Shown here piece by piece: positions 47,501 through 56,400 of a DNA stretch of 58,858 nucleotides; within the stretch, counting starts at the first letter, position 1, and each line of letters opens with the position of its first letter. Both the position numbers and the translations under genes were made by a program. Under the pieces are notes generated by a model. The model saw only the letters and a list, made by a program, of their open reading frames with translations. It was not told where the DNA came from and ran no database searches. Origin of the DNA: Bacteroidia bacterium (GTDB taxonomy: Bacteria > Bacteroidota > Bacteroidia > Bacteroidales > GWF2-35-48); the NCBI GenBank assembly GCA_016212695.1, contig JACREX010000147.1, forward strand, positions 1 to 58,858. Direction: 5' to 3'.

Positions 47501-50350
47501 ATAAGTAGTTGTGATTGATGGAGAGACCGAAATATTTTGGAACGTCTCTCCTGTACTCCATGAATAACCCGATCCTCCATGCGCTGAAATCTGAATGGTG
47601 TCTTTGAAACAGATCGCTGTGTCGGATCCTGCTCCTGCTGCATCGGCAAACAGGTTGACAGTAACCGTATCACTGTTACTGCAGTTGTTCGCATCTGTTA
47701 CTGTAACTGAATAATCAGCAGTTGCAACAGGATTGACACTGATCTGTTGTGTATTTTCTCCCGTACTCCATGAATAACTGATACCGCCTGTTGCATTAAG
47801 CAAGATGGTTGATCCGATACAAATTATTGTGTCGCTACCGGCAAAAGCGGCAGGCAGAGGATTAATGGTAACAATAACCGTATCTTTATTTGCACATCCG
47901 TTTGAGCCTGTAACTGTAACATAGTATATGTCTGCGATCGTAACAGGATTCTGTGAAACATTAACACCATTGCTCCACTGATAAGAAATACCGCCTGAAG
48001 CATGAAGAAAAGCCGTGTTACCAAAACAAACAGCAGTGTCGGATCCCGCATTGGCATTGGGTAAGCTGAGAATATTTACGATTACGCTGTCGGTATCAGT
48101 ACAGTTATTGGCGCCTGTAACTGTAACATGGAAAATGGTACTGGCCGATGGAGTCACAACAATAATCGGGTTGGTTTCTCCTGTTGACCAGGAATATGAA
48201 TTTCCGCCGCTTGCATGAAGAATGACAGAAGAACCCTGACATACTGTTGTGTCGGGTACTGCAACAGCAGTTATTGTAATAACAGTCACAACAACAGTGT
48301 CTGTTTTTGAACAGTTATTGGCATCAGTCGCGGTTACAATGTAATCAGATGTTGTATTCGTGGAAACAGTTATTTGCTGCAAAGTTTCTCCTGTGCTCCA
48401 GGAATAAGACGTGCCTCCTGAAGCTGTTAATGTAGCCGATGTTCCTATGCAAATAGTATCGTCAATTCCGGCATTGGCAACCGGAAGGGGATTTACTGTT
48501 ACCACAACGCTGTCAATGCTGCTGCAGTTTCCGGCATTTGATACAGTAACACGATATATCCCGGCAGTAACAACATTATTGGAAGCCGTATTAATCCCGT
48601 TGCTCCATTGATATATTGTTCCGCCGCCGGCAAGCAGGTGGGCCGTATCGCCTGAGCAAACTGCGGTGTTGGGCCCTGCTTCTGCAACAGGGTATTGATA
48701 AACAGAAATATTTGAACTATTGGTAGTGCCCGTAACTACAGGGCTTGATGACACAATCCTGATCCTGTAGCCTGTGCCTGCAGGAGTGATTAAAGGAATT
48801 GTCGCATGAATGGTTCCTGCGTTTGACCCGTTTAATGTTCCAATATCAACAGGCGATGCAAAACTGCCTGTAGCATCGGAAAGCTGGGCTGTAAAAATAT
48901 TGCCGCTGTCGAAAACGCCGAAAATAGTAAAGGGGACATCAATGGCTGATCCCACGCAATAGACGAGCGGAGTAATTGTTCCGGTGAAAATTCCATATAA
49001 ATCGAGAATTTCAATATGCCCGTGTTGAAGTACGGTTGATAATGTTGTAAAAGTTGAATCAATAACTTCTACGGGAGTCGGTGAGTTAATAAAATTCAGA
49101 TCAGTATGTTGTCCGATAGTGCCATTGACTGTGAATTTCACGGCGAATATTATGGAAGAATCAACTTTGTCTTGTCCTGCCAAAGTGAGGTCGTACCATG
49201 AAAAAGTGAGTTTTCCGTTTGCTGTCTGCGATGTGCCGAAACTACTTGCATCCATGCCGGGCAATCCGAACTGCTCCACGCTGAGGTATGATACAAGCGA
49301 CTGGTCAAACTGAATAGTCCCCTGCAAAGAAATGATGTTGTAAAAATCTTTTACACGGACCGGAACCACCACCTGTGAGGCCGGAGCTGCGGCAATAGAA
49401 TCTATAATGAGCGTTACAGTTCCGGATGGATTTCCGGTGATATTTACTTTACCGTTTGTTGAATTATATGGAATAGCGGACAAGCTTGTATCAACGAATT
49501 CAAGAGGAGTAACAGAATTAGTAAATGAAATATCAGAATACTGCCCCGCATTTCCGGCTGCATTAAAACGAATGGCGAAAAGGGCCGTATTATCCGGTTT
49601 TGTCTGCCCGGCAAGCGTCTGATCCGACCAGGAGAATGTGAGTTTTCCTGTTGACGTTTGTGTAGTACCGAAATTGCCGGCGCTCAACCCGGAAAGGTTG
49701 AATTGTTCAACATTCATGAATGATGCCACGGCAGGATCAAATTCAATGGTCCCCTGCATGGAAACTATGTCGGTGAAATTATCTACTCTAACAGGAACGA
49801 CAACCTGGGTTCCTGTTAAAGTATTAACAATATCTGCTTTGATAGTAACTCCGCCCGGGCCGGTTCCTGTTATTTGTATTAGTCCAGGAGATGTGGTATA
49901 AGGAACCGTATTAAATGTGATATCAACAAACTCTACTGCTGCAACAGAACTTGTGAGGCTCACCGAAGAGTTTTGTCCGGTATTTCCGGTAAGCTGAAAA
50001 CGCAGGGCAAAAACCACTGAATTGTCGGCAAGAGATTCACCTGATAAATCGCTGTCGAACCAGGAAAATGTAACTTTTCCGTTTCCTGCCTGAGCAGCGC
50101 CGAAATTTGAACTGTTCAGCCCGGGAAGATTATATTGTTCAGTTCCGGAAAAAGTTGCAACAGCCGGGTTGAACTCGATGGTCCCCTGCATGGAAAGTAT
50201 GCCTGTGAAATTTTTTACCTTTGCGTGAATCACCACCTGCTGTCCCTGTGATCCGCTAACTGTATCAAATGTTAAAATCACATTCGATGAAAAAACCGGG
50301 TAAAATGGGATTATAAATAACAGGATTAATAAAGATAATTTTGTATTCAT
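44597..50350 (-). CDS. T9SS type A cargo with three N-terminal cohesin-like domains and an Ig-like repeat stalk
   Basis: Three ~140-aa repeats (V.VPVRV.NF..I.S.QGTI.FDP...GK.TFSW...F...F); many AG.DT..C.G....L.ASGG..Y.WS repeats; VYPNPA...GVYLLKI CTD. Confidence 0.85.
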   Translation of the reverse strand: MNTKLSLLILLFIIPFYPVFSSNVILTFDTVSGSQGQQVVIHAKVKNFTGILSMQGTIEFNPAVATFSGTEQYNLPGLNSSNFGAAQAGNGKVTFSWFDSDLSGESLADNSVVFALRFQLTGNTGQNSSVSLTSSVAAVEFVDITFNTVPYTTSPGLIQITGTGPGGVTIKADIVNTLTGTQVVVPVRVDNFTDIVSMQGTIEFDPAVASFMNVEQFNLSGLSAGNFGTTQTSTGKLTFSWSDQTLAGQTKPDNTALFAIRFNAAGNAGQYSDISFTNSVTPLEFVDTSLSAIPYNSTNGKVNITGNPSGTVTLIIDSIAAAPASQVVVPVRVKDFYNIISLQGTIQFDQSLVSYLSVEQFGLPGMDASSFGTSQTANGKLTFSWYDLTLAGQDKVDSSIIFAVKFTVNGTIGQHTDLNFINSPTPVEVIDSTFTTLSTVLQHGHIEILDLYGIFTGTITPLVYCVGSAIDVPFTIFGVFDSGNIFTAQLSDATGSFASPVDIGTLNGSNAGTIHATIPLITPAGTGYRIRIVSSSPVVTGTTNSSNISVYQYPVAEAGPNTAVCSGDTAHLLAGGGTIYQWSNGINTASNNVVTAGIYRVTVSNAGNCSSIDSVVVTVNPLPVANAGIDDTICIGTSATLTASGGTSYSWSTGETLQQITVSTNTTSDYIVTATDANNCSKTDTVVVTVITITAVAVPDTTVCQGSSVILHASGGNSYSWSTGETNPIIVVTPSASTIFHVTVTGANNCTDTDSVIVNILSLPNANAGSDTAVCFGNTAFLHASGGISYQWSNGVNVSQNPVTIADIYYVTVTGSNGCANKDTVIVTINPLPAAFAGSDTIICIGSTILLNATGGISYSWSTGENTQQISVNPVATADYSVTVTDANNCSNSDTVTVNLFADAAGAGSDTAICFKDTIQISAHGGSGYSWSTGETFQNISVSPSITTTYFVTITSPQGCSKNDSLTVTVLSLPIAYAGNDTSVCQNDTAMLYAGGGVSYLWSNNVTNALNPVVTGGAYIVTVTDMNACSNTDTVLITINPLPSAFAGNDLAICRYDTAILNASGGISYLWSTNENTQSISVSPDSSTAYQVTVFDILGCSDRDSVLVIVNYSGGSVSGDTAICTGDTATITATGGTSYSWNTGATDSVIYVTIAGPFSVTITGSNGCTESFSLPLSVHNLPIAEAGNNIAVCFGDTAHLLAGGGVTYFWNTGETTQGIDVSPASDVYYYVTVFDNIGCYSYDSILVTINPLPLADAGVDVTICRYDTAFLSATGGIHFVWSIGDTISTIYTVPFNTTEYIVTATDNNGCHNSDTVLVVVNFVDAEAGQDVTICNGDTAILLASGGTSYAWNTGDTISEISVTIAGIYFVTVTGSTGCFSTDSVTVNFNISPIAEAGQDTTICFGDTAHLTASGGVTYLWNNSDTTADIFITIAGIFYVTVYDSNGCTASDSIHLFVNPLPVANAGNDVSICRGNDTSLTATGGILYHWSTGEDLATISVAPQNTTDYMVTVTDGNGCHNSDTVSVVVYFVNASAGPDTTFCYGDTVAVFASGGITYLWNTGDTTNVINVSTGGVYYVTVTGANNCTAADSVHIIINQIPSIAGTPTGPTSVCTNDTTVTSYTTQGAPSATSYIWYLLPSSAGTITGDSLTAAVSWSPTYFGNVMLAVKGINACGTGTISNSLLVSVSPSPVITLSNDTTICVGNSVSLTASGGTVYQWSNGDNQPNIVVSPTSNTVFTVTVTNTSGCSSTDSIIVLVHPLPPVNLTPDTLHTALPATLDAGSGFDSYLWSTSESTQQISVNAYGWYFVTVGNIHGCYATDSIYVDDNVGILTMEQDDGFITVYPNPAKNKLTIEFSEILQQESFFEITDITGAVMTKKIIHNINKEIIDVKNLPRGVYLLKICKGDKRNLLKLILQ

Positions 50351-50402
50351 AATTTTTTTTCAGGTCTAATGTTATTGAATTTATTTTGAAATGAAAACCT
50401 GT

Positions 50403-50435
50403 AAAAGCCACGCCATTGAAGGCATGGCTTCTTTT
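50403..50435 (-). terminator. Intergenic stem-loop (weak terminator or stabiliser) between the two giant genes
   Basis: Minus strand AAGCCATGCC-ttcaat-GGCGTGGCTTTT immediately after the stop codon. Confidence 0.6.
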
Positions 50436-53400
50436 TATCGGATTACCACCATCTTCTTCATCCCCGTAAACTTATCAGCCTGCATCTTTACAATGTACGA
50501 TCCGCTGCCGGTATTACAATCCCATGTAACCTGATTCATCCCTTTTGCATAATTATCTGTAAACTGTTTAACCGTTTCGCCGAGATAGTTGAGAATTGTG
50601 ATAGTAACTTTTTCATCTTTTGGTAATACAAAACTGATGTTTGTATAATCGCTGAATGGGTTCGGATAGTTCTGTAAAAGCGCGTATCCGCAGTTTTCAT
50701 GTTGCAGCAAAGCGGTAGCATTTTCAATAGTAATACTTGAATTACCGCTGATGATGTCAAGCGTATTCAGGTTGTTGTCGTATGCTTCCGCAAGGGTTGA
50801 CGAAGAATTAATCGAAATCTGTGCTTGTGTTCCGGCATTGCCCATCACATTAAATAAAAGTTCAAAGGCAACAGATCCATCCGGTAGCGTAACGCCATTA
50901 AGATTTTCTGTGCTCCATAATGCCGTGAGTATTCCTTCGCCTGTCCTGTTTGTCCCGAAGAAATTTGTAAGTGCAGAATTATTTGTGCCAACATAACTTA
51001 GCAGTGACGGATCCCAGGTAATGGTAAACTGATATCCGCTGACAGCATTGAAATTTTCAACTTTCACGGGAACTGTAATCAGATTTCCTTCTGGAGCAGT
51101 AACACTTTCCATTGTAAACGTAACACTGCCTGTTTCGCCAGATTTTGAAATGGATGCGTTCCAACTGTTATTTACGTCTCCGAGTTTCGCTGCCACAAAA
51201 TTCTGGTCGGTCAATACAGAAATATCACTGTAGGATCGTGAATTTTCAAACGGGAAAGGATTCATTACATCGGTAAACGAGAAATCAGAATTGACAAATT
51301 TCCATAATGCTCCGTTCGGGAACGTAGTTGATGTCTGCAACACAACAGAACGCATCAGCACAAGATCGAGCGAGCTAACCGAAGAAGAAGCATTCACGTC
51401 TGCGGCAATAATTTTGTAAGCCGAATTCAGTGCTTGTGTTCCGAGAATGTGACGCTGCGTTAAAATAATATCAAGCGTGGTGATGCCATTGCTGGTATTC
51501 ACATCATTGTTTTTATCAGGGGTGATGGTATAGCTCTGACCGTCGTTTACGCTGAACAGGTACTGTCCGTTGGTAGTGGTGGAATAGGTTTGGGTGGTTC
51601 CTCCAGCGCATGTAAGCGTAACTCCTGGAACTGCCACGCCGGTTTCTGTGCGGACAATACCGCTGACATTAACAACGGCCGGCGTGGATGAAACGGTCAC
51701 ACTGACTGTTCCCGCAGTACTATTGCATCCGTTCACACTGGCAACTACCGAATAAGTTCCACTCATAGTTTGCTGTGCATTGGGTATGCTTGGATTCTGC
51801 AAAGCAGACGTAAAAGAATTAGGACCTGTCCATGAATAAGAAGCGCCTGCAACAGTGCTTGCATTAAGCTGTATGGTTCCATTAAGCATTACCGGTGAAT
51901 TGCTGGATGCAACCGGCGCTCCCGGCAATGGATTCACGGTAACATTTACGGTATTGGATGTTGCGCTGCAACTGCCGCTTGTAACAACTACATAATAGCT
52001 GCCTGTTGAACTTACCGTAATGGCCTGTGTTGTCTGCCCTCCGGGCGACCATACATTTCCCGTAGAGCTGCTTGAAGTGAGAATAACAGAATTTCCGGCA
52101 CAGAAGGTGGTTGGCCCGCCGGGTGTTACTGTGGCAGCTACCGACTGGCTTATGGTGAAATTTGTATTGCTTTCATCCATTACCGTGGGGCTGCTGAAGT
52201 CTTTTATTTTGACTTTGCACTGTGTTGATGAAACATTGGGAACTGTCCATGCATAGGTGCCGCTTAGAGTATTATAATTGCTTACAATAGTTGTCCATGT
52301 TGCGCCATTATCTTTGGTGTAATCAATAGTATAATTATTGGAAGTGGAAACAGAATTCCATGTGATGTTCATGGTATTGCAGCCTGTTAGAGTTTCTCCG
52401 CCGTTTGGCGCTGTCACTGTGATGGTGGCGGCAGGAAGGCCTATGGCAAATGTTGCATTGCTCTGGTCGGTTTTGCAGGTATTGAGATTATCGGTGATTT
52501 TTATAAGGCAGTTTGAAGAACTTGCAGATGGAACCGTCCATGAATATGTATTATTCGTGATGGTCTGATTGAAGACGATATTTGTCCAAGCGCTTCCATT
52601 GTTGGTTGAGTAATCAATGTTATAACTGTTCGATGCGCCCAGCGATGTCCATGTGATACTATAAGATCCTCCAACCGTAAGACTTTCTCCACCGTTAGGC
52701 GTTGCCACGGTAATAGCCGGTTTTAATGTAAAAGTGGCATCGCTCACATCGGTTTTGGCAGAATTTCCGGCATCGGTTACCCGCACAAGACATAGTGTGG
52801 AAGGGGTGTTTGGCATAGCCCAGTCATAAGTGATGCTCCCCGTTCCTCCGGCGCTGTAACTTGATGTGATGGTGCTCCATGTGCTGCCGTTGTTGGTTGA
52901 GTATTCAATCTTATATGTACCGGAACATCCGCCTGCAGTCCAGTGTATCGAGGTTTGCGTGCATACGCGCCACTCTTCGCTGCCATTGTCGCCGTTGGGC
53001 GAAGAAATCACCAGCGCAGGATTAATGCTGAATACGGCATTGCTCACATCGTACACTGAAGGATTATTATATTCCGTAACTTTTACCAGACACTTGTTGG
53101 AGTAAATAGCCGGAATGGTCCATGAATAGGTGCCATCGTTTTCAGTAACGCTGGCAATAGGCGACCAGGTTAATCCGCTGTCGGCAGATAAATACAGGCT
53201 CACATAGGTTCCGTTGAAATACTGGTTTGTCCATGTTATACTATAGGATGAAGCATAATATAATGTATTGCCCCCGTTAGGTGTGAGCAGTTGCGGCTGG
53301 GCCGGAGTAACCGTGAAAGAGGCATTGCTCACATCGTACTTGCAGGTATTATTATAATCTTCAACTTTGATTAAATAATTGCTTCCCGGCGAGTTTGGAA

Positions 53401-56400
53401 TAGTCCAGGAAACAGAGTGGGCAGAAGTATAAGAATTAATACTCGTCCATGTTGATCCATTGTTGCTCGAATAATAAACAGCGAAATAAGTCGAACCCGG
53501 ATCAGAAACCCAACTGATGGTTTGCGATGTGGCTACCTGCCAGCTTTCTCCGCCATTGGGCGATGTTACAATCACATCATCGTTCGGCTTCATGGTAAAT
53601 GTTGCATCGCTTGAATCAAATGCCGAGGGATAATTTACGTTCTGCACTTTTATTCTGCAATTACCCGAAAGGGGCGATACGGTCGGGATCGTCCAGTTGT
53701 AGCTTGAACCGGAAGCAGAACTTGTAATGAGGTTCCAAGCAGCGCCGTTATTGGTTGAATAATAAATTTTATAAGATCCACTCAATCCCCATGAATTCCA
53801 TGTTACAGACTGAGTGTTGCATGCTTCCAGGTTCTCGCCCCCGTTCGGAGCGGTAACAACTAAAGAAGGAATGGCAATGGTAAAGTTCGCATTGCTCACA
53901 TCATAGGTTGTGGGATTATTATATTCACTCACCCTTACCAAACAGTTTACAGAAGGGGCATTGGGAACAGTCCATGAATAAGTGCCGTCGTTCTCTGTTA
54001 CATTAATTATTTGCGTCCAGGATGTACCGTTGTTGGTCGAGTAATCTATAGCAACAAAACTCGAAGTGAGATACCCGCTCGACCAGGTAATATTATATGC
54101 GGTGCCTACATACCATGTAACTGCTGTATTTGGGCTGTTAACCGTAATGTAAGGAGTCGGAGGAGCAATGGTAAAGTTTGCATCTGATATATCATAAATG
54201 CAACTGTTATAATAATCTTCAACTTTCACCAGATTCTGTGTGCCCGGATAATTGGGAATGGTCCATGCATAGGTATGACTTGAGGTGTAAGAGTAAAGCG
54301 AAGTCCACCCTGTTCCATTGTTCGTGGAATAATATACATTATAATAAGTTGACGTTGGTTCAGTCACCCATGTGATGTTCTGCGATGTGGCCACCTGCCA
54401 GTTTTCACCGCCATTGGGAGCGGTTACTATGATATCGGTATTTTTCACAAGAGTAAATACGGCATTGCTGGAATCTTTATAAGCGGCATTGCCATTGTCT
54501 GTAACTTTAACCAAGCAGTTTGCAGAATTAATGCTGGGAACAGGATTCCACGTATAGCTTCCGCTCGAAGCGCTGCTTGTGATCGTTGACCACGAAGAGC
54601 CATTGTTAGTTGATAATTTCAAATTAAATGAATTGGATGTTCCCGCATAATTCCATGTAATGCTTTTTGATGAGCAGCCTTTCCAGCTTTCGCCGCCATT
54701 GGGCGAGGTAACGGTGATATAGGGAACAGCAATGGTAAAGTTTACATTGCTTACATCAAAAGTTGCCGGATTGTTATATTCACTCACCCTTACTAAACAA
54801 GTTGCCGAAGGAGCATTGGGAACAGTCCACGAATAGGCGCCGTCGTTCTCTGTCACATTAATTACCTGTGTCCATGATGTTCCGTTGTTGGTCGAGTAAT
54901 CTATAGCGACAAAACTCGAAGTGAGATATCCGCTCGACCAGGTGATATTGTATGCATTGCCCACATACCAGGTAACTGCTGTATTTGGGCTGTTAACCGT
55001 TATGTAAGGCATTGGAGGAGCAATGGTGAAGTTTGCATCCGAAAGATCATATATGCAACTATTGTAATAATCTTCCACTTTCACAAGGTTCTGTGTGCCC
55101 GGATAATTGGGTATAGTCCATGCGTAAGTATGACTTGACGTATAGGAGTAAAGCGATGTCCATCCTGTGCCATTGTTGGTGGAATAATATACATTATAAT
55201 AAGTAGAGGTCGGTTCTGTCACCCATGTGATATTCTGCGATGTGGCCACTTGCCAGTTTTCACCGCCATTGGGAGCAGTTACAATGATGTCGGTATTTTT
55301 CACAAGAGTAAACACAGCATTGCTGGAATCTTTATAAGCCGCATTGCCATTGTCTGTAACTTTAACTAAGCAGTTTGCAGAATTAATGCTGAGAACAGGA
55401 TTCCATGTATAGCTTCCGCTTGAAGCGCTGCTTGTGAGTGTTGTCCACGAAGAGCCGTTATTGGATGATAATTTCACATTAAATGAATTGGATGTTCCGG
55501 CATAACTCCATGTAATACTTTTGGAGGAACAGCCCTTCCAGTTTTCTCCGCCATTGGGCGAGGTAACGGTGATATAGGGAACAGCAATCGTAAAGTTTAC
55601 ATTGCTCACATCATAGGTTGTCGGATTGGTATAGTCGCTTACCTTTACAAGGCAATTTGCCGAAGGTGTATTCGGAACATTCCATGAATAGGCGCCGTCG
55701 TTCTCTGTTACCGCAGCAACATCTGTCCATGTTGAACCATTGTTTGTGGAATACTCAATTTTCACATACGTTGCAGTTACGTATTGGGTAGACCAGGTAA
55801 TATTGTAACTATTGCCCACATACCAGGTAACTGCCGTATTCGGGCTTGTCACGGTGATCACCGGCGTTGGAGGAGTGATGGTAAATACCGCATTGCTCAC
55901 ATCAAATTTGCATGTATTATTATAGTCTTCCACTTTTACTAAATTCTGCGTTCCCGGATAGTTGGGAATGGACCAGGAATACGTATGGTTTGACGTATAG
56001 CTTATAAGCGATGTCCACCCAGTACCGTTATTGGTCGAATAATAAACATTAAAATAAGTAGAGGTCGGCGCAGAGACCCACGTTACAGTTTGTGATGTTC
56101 CAACCTGCCAGTTTTCGCCTCCGTTAGGAATGGTTACAATTACATCCGTATTGGGAGTAATGGTAAATACGGCATTGCTGGAATCAAGAACCGCGGGTGT
56201 GCCATTGCTGATTACTTTTACTAATGCAGTTGCAGATGAAATGCTCGGCACAGGATTCCATGAATAAGAGCCGCTGGTTGCCGAAGCGCTGAGCGTTGTC
56301 CATGCAGCGCCGTTATTGGTAGAATATTTAACCGTAAAACTATTGGTAACGCCGGCATAATTCCATGTGATGCTTTGCGTGGAGCATCCGTTCCAGCTTT

